A DNA stretch of 64,000 nucleotides from Klebsiella phage KP182. Positions within the stretch are counted from its first letter, which is position 1. Every line of letters begins with the position of its first letter. Positions 36,719 to 45,880 of this stretch are shown here, in pieces. The DNA is taken from the sequence record OM337876.1; one strand, given 5' to 3'. The notes under the pieces were generated by a model. The model had not been told where the DNA came from. It saw nothing but the letters and a program-made list of their open reading frames with translations, and searched no databases. Position numbers and translations under genes: made by a program.

Positions 36719-36827
36719 ACTTTCAACGCCGTAAGAAATTATAAGTACGTAGTTATCGTTGAGGGAACTCGTAAACAGGGAATTCTATGCCGACGATTTA
36801 TCAGAACGTCTTCTGACTTCTATATTT

Positions 36828-36911
36828 GGCGGGCCGTGCAGGTATCGAACCTGCCTAGTCATTTCTGACACGGATTAACAGTCCGTCGCTTACCCTCTCA
36901 GCCAACGACCC
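36828..36911 (-). tRNA. tRNA-Asn (anticodon GUU) with class-II-like long variable arm
   Basis: Anticodon stem ACGGA/TCCGT with loop CTGTTAA, a 15-nt variable hairpin GTCAGAAATGACTAG, T arm GCAGGTTCGATACCTGC and CCA. A possible G at -1 is present. Confidence 0.6.
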
Positions 36912-36917
36912 CGAATT

Positions 36918-36995
36918 TGGTAGAACGTGAGGGATTTGAACCCATCGACATCTCGATTAAAAGTCGAGTGCTCTAACCAGATGAGCTAACGTTCT
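36918..36995 (-). tRNA. tRNA-Lys (anticodon UUU)
   Basis: AGAACGT/ACGTTCT acceptor, perfect D arm GCTCATCTGGTTAGAGC, anticodon stem CTCGA/TCGAG with loop CTTTTAA and CCA. The T stem is weak. The 5-prime 10 nt overlap the homing-endonuclease stop. Confidence 0.7.
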
Positions 36996-37465
36996 ATATA
37001 ACTATTTATAAATCTTCGTGCTTGGGTATGCGTAACATTTATGGCTTTAGCATATCTGTTAAGAGCTCCCCATTTTGTCATGTCCATTGAATTATATACT
37101 TCAATTCGTGAAGCAACTTCAGTGTCTGTCAGTTTTGAAGCGCTATTTTCTGAAATCTTTTTACGAGATTCTTCAGTATGATGTTTTCCTTTAAAATTAT
37201 CACACTTGCCGCCATAAGGTTTTACTCCATTTTTAACAGCATCTCGTACATTATCAGCATTTGTAGCACAAAATACATTTGTTGGAGAATAAGGACCTTT
37301 GTCACCTATTCTGCACATGCAGTATTCATGACCTTTACGTCCACGCTCAGATAATTTTCCGGTAGATTTCCACCATTCAATCCAAGTATCATACGTAAAT
37401 TCCCAAGGAATTCCACGATACAATGCATTATATCTTTGTTGTTCGTATTTAATTTTCATAAACAC
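36986..37465 (-). CDS. free-standing homing endonuclease-like protein (paralog of 31545..32036)
   Basis: 159-aa ORF sharing WEFTYDTWIEWWK, EYCMCR.GD.GPYS, GKHHTEESRKKIS (NUMOD3) and VTHTQARRFIN blocks with its paralog. It is flanked by tRNA-Lys and tRNA-Tyr. Confidence 0.55.
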   Translation of the reverse strand: MFMKIKYEQQRYNALYRGIPWEFTYDTWIEWWKSTGKLSERGRKGHEYCMCRIGDKGPYSPTNVFCATNADNVRDAVKNGVKPYGGKCDNFKGKHHTEESRKKISENSASKLTDTEVASRIEVYNSMDMTKWGALNRYAKAINVTHTQARRFINSYIER

Positions 37466-37473
37466 TCTAAATT

Positions 37474-37560
37474 TGGTGGGGAGTGATGGAGTCGAACCAC
37501 CCGAGCCTTTTGAGCAACAGATTTACAGTCTGTCCCGCTACCCCTACGGTCTAACGCCCC
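37474..37560 (-). tRNA. tRNA-Tyr (anticodon GUA), class II
   Basis: Anticodon stem ACAGA/TCTGT with loop CTGTAAA, long variable arm, T arm GGTGGTTCGACTCCATC and CCA. The acceptor has one mismatch. Confidence 0.7.
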
Positions 37561-37642
37561 AATGGATATTTTTATTTATACTGCCCTGAAATTAATCAGA
37601 GCAGTTGATAGATTAATAATAACAAAGAAAACCTAAAGCATA

Positions 37643-37993
37643 TTACACAATCGGTGAGCTCTTTGATTTAACCAGGAATACACTATGTGGTGAATCCATA
37701 TGAGATAGCAATACCCGGTGCTCAGGAATTGGACTTGTATGGAACGGAACCACACGATAACCTTTAGGCGTAAATCCTAGCAAAATACCAACGCTTGCTG
37801 CAGAAAGTGACCCGCCGCAATAGTATGATACCAAATCACCAGGCTGGATTTCATTGTCAAGAGAATCAGTTTTGACATGCTTAGGCGTAACTAAATCATT
37901 AGGAATTGGAACGCCTTGTGCATCATGGTATTCATGGGCAAGAAGCTTATAATTCTCTTGATAGAAAGTATTAAATGCAGCTCTGATATTCAT
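37643..37993 (-). CDS. hypothetical protein
   Basis: The likely start is MNIRAAF. No capsid-targeting leader is present, so it is not obviously ipI. Confidence 0.4.
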   Translation of the reverse strand: MNIRAAFNTFYQENYKLLAHEYHDAQGVPIPNDLVTPKHVKTDSLDNEIQPGDLVSYYCGGSLSAASVGILLGFTPKGYRVVPFHTSPIPEHRVLLSHMDSPHSVFLVKSKSSPIV

Positions 37994-38009
37994 CACAATT
38001 TCCTCACAA

Positions 38010-38195
38010 TTAATCTTTGTATGCTTCAGTTGAACCTTTAGCAACAGTCTCAAACCGAGAGTTCAGTATCTCAAAATAGTCCTGATACGTTCCCTGGAGG
38101 GCTTCATAGCATTCTTCTACTGTAGAGTAGACACCTCTGATTTGGTCAGAGCCAGGAGCAGGATAATAATTAGACCAAGTTAAAAGTGCATACAT
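38010..38195 (-). CDS. hypothetical protein
   Basis: 61-aa ORF. Confidence 0.35.
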   Translation of the reverse strand: MYALLTWSNYYPAPGSDQIRGVYSTVEECYEALQGTYQDYFEILNSRFETVAKGSTEAYKD

Positions 38196-38209
38196 TACTT
38201 ACGTTTCCA

Positions 38210-38383
38210 GCTGTAGTGAGCCAAAATAAGAAGCACTGCAACGGCAAGTAGTGATGAATGCAATGCTGCCAGTAGTGCACCTAGTCCTACACCCAAAGTA
38301 ACATAATCATACTTAGTTACTTCTTCACGGTTTAAATCATAGTTTTTGATGAACCACTGCTTAATCTTTTTCATGCGCTATTT
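38210..38383 (-). CDS. small membrane protein (below ORF-track cutoff)
   Basis: 57-aa ORF MKKIKQWFIKNYDL...LLILAHYSWKRK with a hydrophobic C-terminal half. Confidence 0.35.
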
Positions 38384-38565
38384 TATCCATTATGAAAGAA
38401 ATGATACCCATTAGAAATGCAACACTTAACACTGATACTGTTTCAGGAAGAGACATAAAGGCTGCACCGATAATGCCAAAACCTAACGCTCCCATGCAGA
38501 TAGTTGATGCAACATTTCTAATTAATTCACAACGTTTCATTTTATTCTCCTCAAGTTGATAGGGT

Positions 38566-38596
38566 TATAGTATCACTACTACAACCCGTTGTAAAC
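38566..38596 (-). promoter_or_regulatory. T4-type early promoter
   Basis: TTTCACAAAGTTGTTTAC, 15 nt, TGATACTATA. This is the best consensus match in the window. Confidence 0.7.
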
Positions 38597-38615
38597 AACT
38601 TTGTGAAATAAATTT

Positions 38616-39300
<685 letters not shown>

Positions 39301-39304
<4 letters not shown>

Positions 39305-40038
39305 TTTTGAATTCCTAATATAGTGTTGATTTTTGAATAAAGCTCTTCTAGAGAACCGTCGTTAGTTATTACGATATCGCCTTCGCGAATCGGAAGTCCA
39401 CGCTCTGTGACGTGAGTATCTTTTTTAGAACCTTCTTGCTCAGGACGAACTACATGAATAACTGTAGCACCCATCGCCCTGGCTACATCAAGTTCATGGT
39501 CTTGACGAGTATCTGGTACAATGAAATAATCATAATCACCAAAAGTATCAGCCATAACCAAAGTAAATCGTTTTACCCAATACATGCGATCGAGCTTATC
39601 ACAGACAATGTCAGTCCCAAGGGTCTGCATGAGACGACGAATTGACCATGGCTCAACAGGTTTATTTATTACAACTTTACGGATGACTTCCATCGTATCA
39701 CCGTCAAGTATTTTACGTTTGTTATCATAAACCACGCCAGGTAAAGGCAAATCATGATGAACATATTCAATCGCGTTCGCCATGATACGAATCACGTCTT
39801 TAGTAGACAGATTTAAATCCTGCTCACGATCGTAATCAATGCCCTCAATCATAGACCGAGTGATGCGAGGAAACTCACGAGACGTATCACGATACCACTC
39901 AATAAGCATAGCATCAGCTAGTGCATCTTTAATTGGACCCGCTAACTGATGCTTTGTTGCATTGTAGTTATCCATAATGTAGTCAGCAGTTGTATCTTTG
40001 CCACTGCGTTTTTTACCAATCAAAAATAAAAGCTTCAA
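39301..40038 (-). CDS. 1: deoxynucleoside monophosphate kinase
   Basis: 245-aa ORF with high identity to T4 gp1 (KRSGKDTTAD; QLAGPIKDALA; YFIVPDTRQDHE.D.ARAMGATVIHVVRP; ITNDGSLEEL.SKI). Confidence 0.95.
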
Positions 40039-40042
40039 ATTA

Positions 40043-40645
40043 TTACCTCATAGAAGGATGCATTCCCATGACCTTTTGCTGATACTGAGATTCACGAGTA
40101 TCATTGACAGAAGGTCTACCAGTAATTATTATACCATCTTTTTCAACTTCAATGTATTTGTACTGCAAAGTTGCTACACATACCATTGCTGGGTCGGATT
40201 CTTCGGTTAAAGAATACTCAATTTCAGATAAATCACTCACCCAACCTCCGATGTAGCGGACAGTTAATACTATATCATGTTTATCGTTATCAAGCACATG
40301 CATTAAAACTGCGCCAGGAAATCCTTCACCGCCATTATTCCATCCAGACTTTCCTCGGTCAATGTAATTCTGACAGCTTAACATCCATTTGTACATCTGT
40401 ACCCATGAATCAAGGTTTTCGTCTACTAAAAATCTAACAGGAACAGCGTCAAATTCAAAGGTAGACCCAGGCAATTTAGCACGATGCATGCCTTGTGGAG
40501 AACCCACAGTATCAGTAGCAGGAATATGAACTCCGGGAACTACCGCCGTTTGAAGATTAGCCTTAAAGGCCTGAGTGAGGCCCCCATCGGGGACCTCTAG
40601 TATAAAGTTAGTTGTGTTAGTTTGATTAAACAAGCCAGTAGACAT
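40043..40645 (-). CDS. 3: tail tube terminator/completion protein gp3
   Basis: The start is [22 protein letters not shown] (T4 gp3-like). The called ORF is extended upstream through the gene-2 overlap. Confidence 0.8.
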   Translation of the reverse strand: MSTGLFNQTNTTNFILEVPDGGLTQAFKANLQTAVVPGVHIPATDTVGSPQGMHRAKLPGSTFEFDAVPVRFLVDENLDSWVQMYKWMLSCQNYIDRGKSGWNNGGEGFPGAVLMHVLDNDKHDIVLTVRYIGGWVSDLSEIEYSLTEESDPAMVCVATLQYKYIEVEKDGIIITGRPSVNDTRESQYQQKVMGMHPSMR

Positions 40646-41484
40646 TATGATTTCCATACAGAAGTAGCAGAGTAGCGTTTGCCTTTCGACATGAACTGCT
40701 GCAGTGGTAACATGACTACATTCGCCCAATCAGCCGGTTTTATCTCAATTAAAGCACCCTTTATATTACCAGGAATATATGCTTTAATCATTTTGTCAGC
40801 GCCAGCAAATCCTTTAACCTGGCTCCAGTTTATCTTTAATCTGGTCTTATTAGATATCACTGGCGTATTAGCATACTGTTTCAGAAGTTCTTCTAAAAAC
40901 TGCTGACGAGCCTTTGGCGGAATGTAGTGAAGGTTTAACCCATACATCAATGTGGTTGTACCTTGCTTTCCAAGACCAAGATAAACTATCAAAGGAAATT
41001 TATCCCAGAATGGAAGAGTGTCTTTGTGCTTAGCGTCATACATGTAAGCATATAGCTTTCCAGGTTGAGGCTTGGTTACAGAATGACCACGTATATTTTT
41101 CTTTATAGTTTCTGCAAACCATTTAGCAGATTTATTGTTTACTGCTGCGCCTTCATTACGAATTTTATCTTTGATAGAGCTTCGAAATGAATTTACCATC
41201 ACAAGAGCACGCTCTTGTTTGGTCATTTTGTTAGCAGGTTTTTTCTCAATTTCTGCTACTTTAATTGCCGTTTTAATTCTTGATGCATGACGAGCCATAG
41301 CTTTACTGAACGTAGCAGGATTTATTCCTTTACTTTCAGCAAATGATTTTGATGTCATGCCTTTTTTACGAGCAGCAGAGTATTCAACTCCTAATGCTAC
41401 CCATTGATTTTCACTACGGGATTTAGCTTTAGGCGATTCTGCAGCTTCAGTGATAAATTCAAATATAGCCATCAGCCTTTCCAT
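40645..41484 (-). CDS. 2: DNA end protector protein gp2
   Basis: 279-aa ORF in the T4 1-3-2-4 gene order. Confidence 0.8.
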   Translation of the reverse strand: MERLMAIFEFITEAAESPKAKSRSENQWVALGVEYSAARKKGMTSKSFAESKGINPATFSKAMARHASRIKTAIKVAEIEKKPANKMTKQERALVMVNSFRSSIKDKIRNEGAAVNNKSAKWFAETIKKNIRGHSVTKPQPGKLYAYMYDAKHKDTLPFWDKFPLIVYLGLGKQGTTTLMYGLNLHYIPPKARQQFLEELLKQYANTPVISNKTRLKINWSQVKGFAGADKMIKAYIPGNIKGALIEIKPADWANVVMLPLQQFMSKGKRYSATSVWKS

Positions 41485-41828
41485 CCTAATTTTTTAAGTG
41501 AATCTTCAGTAATTAACCTAAATTCTATACCCATTTTACTGGCAGTAGCTTGAGCTGCTTTCCACTTATCAACGTTTACAGACCATGTGTAAACTTCATC
41601 AATGTACCGTTTCTTTGCTGAAGTTGTTAGCTTTGTGGGTTTAGCTGGTGGCCGGGTTTCTTTCTTCGGCTTAACTTCAAAAAAGAACTGTTGACCATTA
41701 GAAAATTTAGCCCAGAAATCCATGAAATACCGGCGTTTCTTTCCATCAGCATTACTAAAGTATGGAATGACTACCTCCTCCGAATTCCATTGAACTACAT
41801 CAGGATGGTTATCTAACCATCTCATCAT
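41472..41828 (-). CDS. 4: head completion protein gp4 (main ORF; N-terminus in another frame)
   Basis: 118-aa ORF aligning to T4 gp4 residues ~30-150. The conserved N-terminal 29 aa (MAYSGKFLPTNLAKYKGDPRKITYRSTWE) are encoded at 41836..41922 in the +1 frame. Confidence 0.7.
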   Translation of the reverse strand: MMRWLDNHPDVVQWNSEEVVIPYFSNADGKKRRYFMDFWAKFSNGQQFFFEVKPKKETRPPAKPTKLTTSAKKRYIDEVYTWSVNVDKWKAAQATASKMGIEFRLITEDSLKKLGWKG

Positions 41829-41911
41829 GAAACTGCTCCCAAGTAGATCGGTACGTGATCTTACGAGGGTCCCCCTTATATTTTGCTAAGTTAGTTGGTA
41901 AAAATTTTCCG

Positions 41912-42607
41912 CTATAAGCCATTTTTGTATACCTTGCAATTAGTTCCGTGCCATCTCTTGAAATTTGCTGAATCCACTTCTTTAGAACAATGAGGACACG
42001 TCAATTTTGGTGCATTTTTGCGCTTTTCAGATAATTTGTTTCTGACTGATTGGGTAATTCCTGCCTTTATTTTATCGGCATGACCTGTCCAATCACGATT
42101 TTTCTGTGAAATACTGATATTATGCTTCCATTCATCAGTTATTTCACGTTTAGACAGATTTTCTCTATGTTTAGACGTAAAAATCCGTCCTTTTAAACTT
42201 TTAGATAAGTTTTCTTTATGCTCATCAGTAAATGAAACCCCAAGACGTTTTCCTTTTAAAGAATTTGATATATTTTTCTTGGTTGTATCTGACCGTTTCA
42301 TTCCAGTATGCAATTTAGCAGAAGCTATTACTGCTTTTCTTCTAATCCAACCAAATTGTTTATTCGTTTTATTGCATGAACCCATTAAAATCTTAAGAGC
42401 TAAAGCTAGTTTAATCTCGTCTGGATAAATTTTTACCAGTAGTTGATGCGCAACAAAATGTTCTTCTGCTGTTAAATCAACCAAGTTTTCCATTTCATCC
42501 GTTCCGCCCATGCATCGAGGAACAATGTGATGACGTTCTTTGTATCCAGAAAGAGTTCTTGATTTTCCTCTTTGTATCAAATCATCATAAATTTTCTTAT
42601 AGTTCAT
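41912..42607 (-). CDS. HNH homing endonuclease (NUMOD3 repeats), inserted between genes 4 and 53
   Basis: 231-aa ORF with ERHHIVPRCMGGTDEMENLVDLTAEEHFVAHQ and repeated NISNSLKGKR/NLSKSLKGR motifs. T4 has no gene here. Confidence 0.75.
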   Translation of the reverse strand: MNYKKIYDDLIQRGKSRTLSGYKERHHIVPRCMGGTDEMENLVDLTAEEHFVAHQLLVKIYPDEIKLALALKILMGSCNKTNKQFGWIRRKAVIASAKLHTGMKRSDTTKKNISNSLKGKRLGVSFTDEHKENLSKSLKGRIFTSKHRENLSKREITDEWKHNISISQKNRDWTGHADKIKAGITQSVRNKLSEKRKNAPKLTCPHCSKEVDSANFKRWHGTNCKVYKNGL

Positions 42608-42674
42608 AGCAGTATCCTCTCAATTATATTTATTGCTATTTTATACTATAAAATCTTTGGAGTAAACAGGTATT

Positions 42675-42682
42675 TATAAATA
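42675..42682 (+). promoter_or_regulatory. T4 late promoter TATAAATA for gene 53
   Basis: Exact TATAAATA about 33 nt upstream of the gp53 ATG. Confidence 0.7.
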
Positions 42683-42714
42683 AATTATATTTAATATTTA
42701 TAAGAGGATAAACT

Positions 42715-43353
42715 ATGCTCTTCTCATTTTTTAGTCCGATAGATTATTCTGCAAAGACCGTAAAAGGTGCTAAGGCAAAAGCTATCCCAACCGCTGATAT
42801 ATTTCGCAACTACCGCAAATATTTTGACACTGTAGCAGAAAACTATCTTTTACAAACATATTACATAAGTGGAGCTCCTAGACCAGAAGAATTAGCACAT
42901 ATTCTTTATGGAAATAGTCAGCTGTACTGGATTCTTTTAATGTGTAATAATGTATATGACCCATTCAGAGATTGGATTAAAACCCAAGATGCATGCTATC
43001 AATTTGCGCAGCAAAAATATGCAGATGTAGGTGGAGACCAAATACTCTATCACGTGGATGCGTATGGCAATCGCTATTACAATCTCGAGCAATATCCTGA
43101 AAATTCAGGTGTTTGGTATGATAAAGGGGACTTTAATCATCAGTATCCTCAATATACTGGTGCTTTGGCTGGTGTTGACATTTATGAAGATTCTATTATA
43201 GAAAATGAAAAACTGCGCCAAATAAACATTATCAATCCTAGTGATATTGAGGCATTTCTTTCTGATATTATACGAGAAATGGAAAAAGCACCTGACAGCG
43301 AATACGAATCAGGCCGATACAAATCCCAGACTACCATCGGAGAAGTTTTATGA
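42715..43353 (+). CDS. 53: baseplate wedge protein gp53
   Basis: 212-aa ORF (MLFSFFSPIDYSAKTV...ADIFRNYRKYF) with high identity to T4 gp53. Confidence 0.9.
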   Translation: MLFSFFSPIDYSAKTVKGAKAKAIPTADIFRNYRKYFDTVAENYLLQTYYISGAPRPEELAHILYGNSQLYWILLMCNNVYDPFRDWIKTQDACYQFAQQKYADVGGDQILYHVDAYGNRYYNLEQYPENSGVWYDKGDFNHQYPQYTGALAGVDIYEDSIIENEKLRQINIINPSDIEAFLSDIIREMEKAPDSEYESGRYKSQTTIGEVL

Positions 43354-45080
43354 TTGAAATGAACGATTCATTAAAATGGTTTACTGGTGTTGTTGAAGAC
43401 AGACAAGACCCGTTAAAGCAAGGAAGAGTGCGAGTACGCGTTTACGGGCTTCATCCGTTTGAAAAGGTGCAAGGAGCTATAACCGGTCTTCCTACCGAAG
43501 ACCTTCCCTGGATGTCAGTGATTCAGCCTACAAACTCAGCTGGAATTTCCGGAGTTGGCTCGTCTATAACTGGAATGGTGGAAGGAACATCTGTATTTGG
43601 ATTATGGCTTGATGAATTCAAAACAGCAGGATTAGTAATAGGAACATATTCTGCGCACAGAAAAACTAAGCCAAACTACACGGAAGGTTTTTCTGACCCC
43701 ACAGGTCAATATCCTAGACAGGTTGGGTCAGATACTAACCCATTAGTTCAAGGCGATGAAACTGGGTATAGTGCTATACCAAACATCATCCAAGATAGAA
43801 ACTTGGATATTGGCATTAATCCTGACGATGCTGACCTAAGCGATATTCCCGAAGACCCAAATCCTGCAATTACAATAACAGATATGCTTAATAGGGATGA
43901 AGGTCTTAGATTGAAAGTCTATTGGGATACGGAAGGATATCCTACTGTAGGTATTGGACACCTTATCATGGCACAAAAAGTACGTGATATGTCTGTCATT
44001 AATAAAACTTTATCTAATCAGGTTGGTCGTACTGTTACAGGAAATCCTGGTATCATTACAATGGACGAAGCTGTCGCGTTATTTAAACAAGACCGCGATA
44101 AAATGCTTTCTGATATTAAAACGAATTCACGTGTAGGACCGGTATATGCTAAAGTCAACAAATCAAGGCAAATGGCTTTAGAAAATATGAGTTTTCAAAT
44201 GGGCGTAGGTGGATTAGCAAAATTTGGTAAAATGCTTGATGCCATGCTCATTGGTGATTGGAAAACAGCCTATACTGAAGCAAGAAACTCTGTTTGGTTT
44301 AATCAGACAAAAGGTCGTGCTTCTCGTGTTTCCATGATTATTCTAACGGGTAATATGGAATCATATGGAGTTCCTGCTCCAAAGCCTGAAGGAAAAACAC
44401 TGTCTGCGGCTTACGTAGAACCGAAGTCTGGTGGTAATCCTGAAGACCCGTGGACTCCAGAAGATTCAAGAATTCTTTTTAAAGAGCCCGAATCTTCATA
44501 TAACGGTCAATATCCATATGTACATACGATGGAAACAGAATCAGGCCATATCCAAGAATTTGATGATACACCTGGCTATGAACGCTATCGTATTGTTCAT
44601 CCAACCGGTTCATATGAAGAAGTTGCTCCTGATGGACGTCGTACCAGAAAAACTGTAGCCGATTTATATGACATGACTCAGGGCGATGGAAATATTTTAA
44701 TCTCTGGGGATAAGAAGGTTAACGTTGGAGGGAACGAGACCTATTATAACATGTATAATCGTCGACAGCAAATTGATGGCGATAACACGCTTTATGTACG
44801 TGGAAATGAAACTAAAACGATTGAAGGTGATGGTACTATTTTTGTCAAGGGTAACATTAAGATAGTCGTTGAAGGAAATGCTGATATACAAGTCAATGGT
44901 GATGCCACTACTAAAGTAGATGGCAACCACGACGTGACCGTCGGTGGTAATTTAACTTGGCAAGTAGCAGGTACTGTGAATTGGAATGTTGGTGGGGCTT
45001 GGACTGAAACAATGGCTTCTATGAGCTCAATCGCCCAAGGTCAATACACTGTTGATGGTTCACGAATTGATGTAGGTTAA
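43350..45080 (+). CDS. 5: baseplate hub and tail lysozyme gp5
   Basis: 576-aa ORF with N-terminal OB domain (RVRVRVYGLHPFEKVQGAI), a lysozyme domain (YWDTEGYPTVGIGHLI) and a C-terminal beta-helix with VxGNxx repeats. Confidence 0.95.
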   Translation: MIEMNDSLKWFTGVVEDRQDPLKQGRVRVRVYGLHPFEKVQGAITGLPTEDLPWMSVIQPTNSAGISGVGSSITGMVEGTSVFGLWLDEFKTAGLVIGTYSAHRKTKPNYTEGFSDPTGQYPRQVGSDTNPLVQGDETGYSAIPNIIQDRNLDIGINPDDADLSDIPEDPNPAITITDMLNRDEGLRLKVYWDTEGYPTVGIGHLIMAQKVRDMSVINKTLSNQVGRTVTGNPGIITMDEAVALFKQDRDKMLSDIKTNSRVGPVYAKVNKSRQMALENMSFQMGVGGLAKFGKMLDAMLIGDWKTAYTEARNSVWFNQTKGRASRVSMIILTGNMESYGVPAPKPEGKTLSAAYVEPKSGGNPEDPWTPEDSRILFKEPESSYNGQYPYVHTMETESGHIQEFDDTPGYERYRIVHPTGSYEEVAPDGRRTRKTVADLYDMTQGDGNILISGDKKVNVGGNETYYNMYNRRQQIDGDNTLYVRGNETKTIEGDGTIFVKGNIKIVVEGNADIQVNGDATTKVDGNHDVTVGGNLTWQVAGTVNWNVGGAWTETMASMSSIAQGQYTVDGSRIDVG

Positions 45081-45082
45081 TC

Positions 45083-45586
45083 ATGGCTGATATACTTCCT
45101 ATTAATACAACGTTACGTGAAGTAATAGAAGGTGAATATGTTGAGCAGTACTTTACTGCTCAATTATCTACTAACGAAACATTAAAATCAATAAATATTA
45201 TCGACTATCAACCAGTATCTGATATCTCTGTGTCTGAAACTCATTATAAAGGTAATTATAACTCGGTTTTTACTTTTGGAAACGATGTGCTTAAATACCG
45301 TGAAGGTGATGAGCTAAAGTCCGCTTCAGCGTGGGAGGATTTACCTAATCCCAAAACTGCTGATTTGTATCTATGGAAAGCCCCCAGAACACTAGAGAAG
45401 ACATTTACCTATACAGTTGAGATAATATATACAGTGACAGAAGAATCGTCTGGAGGTTCATCCGGAGGTTCTAGCGCTCCAATCATAACAGAACATAAAA
45501 AGCAAAAGATTTACTCTCAAACCGTTAAAGGCAACTGGAGTAGATGGGGCGACCAACTTCGTGCTTATGTATATGCGGGGAACTAA
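45083..45586 (+). CDS. 5.1: gp5.1-like protein
   Basis: 167-aa ORF at the position between genes 5 and 5.4. Confidence 0.6.
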   Translation: MADILPINTTLREVIEGEYVEQYFTAQLSTNETLKSINIIDYQPVSDISVSETHYKGNYNSVFTFGNDVLKYREGDELKSASAWEDLPNPKTADLYLWKAPRTLEKTFTYTVEIIYTVTEESSGGSSGGSSAPIITEHKKQKIYSQTVKGNWSRWGDQLRAYVYAGN

Positions 45587-45880
45587 ATGGCTGGACTATC
45601 ATTTAATAAATGCTTAACTGCCGGGCATAGTGCGTATCCTCCGACAGAAGTAAATGCTACACAAAGTAAAGTATTCACTGGTGGAATAGCGGTATTAGTT
45701 GATGGCGACTCAATTACCCCACACACCAAGACGGTTGACCCTCATGATACGCATGGAGGAGTTGTTCAACCTCGCACATCCAAGGTATTTGTAACAGGCA
45801 AAAAAGCTGTTCAAATGGCCGATCCAATTTCTTGTGGCGACACTGTCGCGCAATCAAGCTCAAAGGTATTCATACACTAA
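45587..45880 (+). CDS. 5.4: PAAR-repeat spike tip protein gp5.4
   Basis: 97-aa ORF that caps the gp5 needle in T4. Confidence 0.75.
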   Translation: MAGLSFNKCLTAGHSAYPPTEVNATQSKVFTGGIAVLVDGDSITPHTKTVDPHDTHGGVVQPRTSKVFVTGKKAVQMADPISCGDTVAQSSSKVFIH

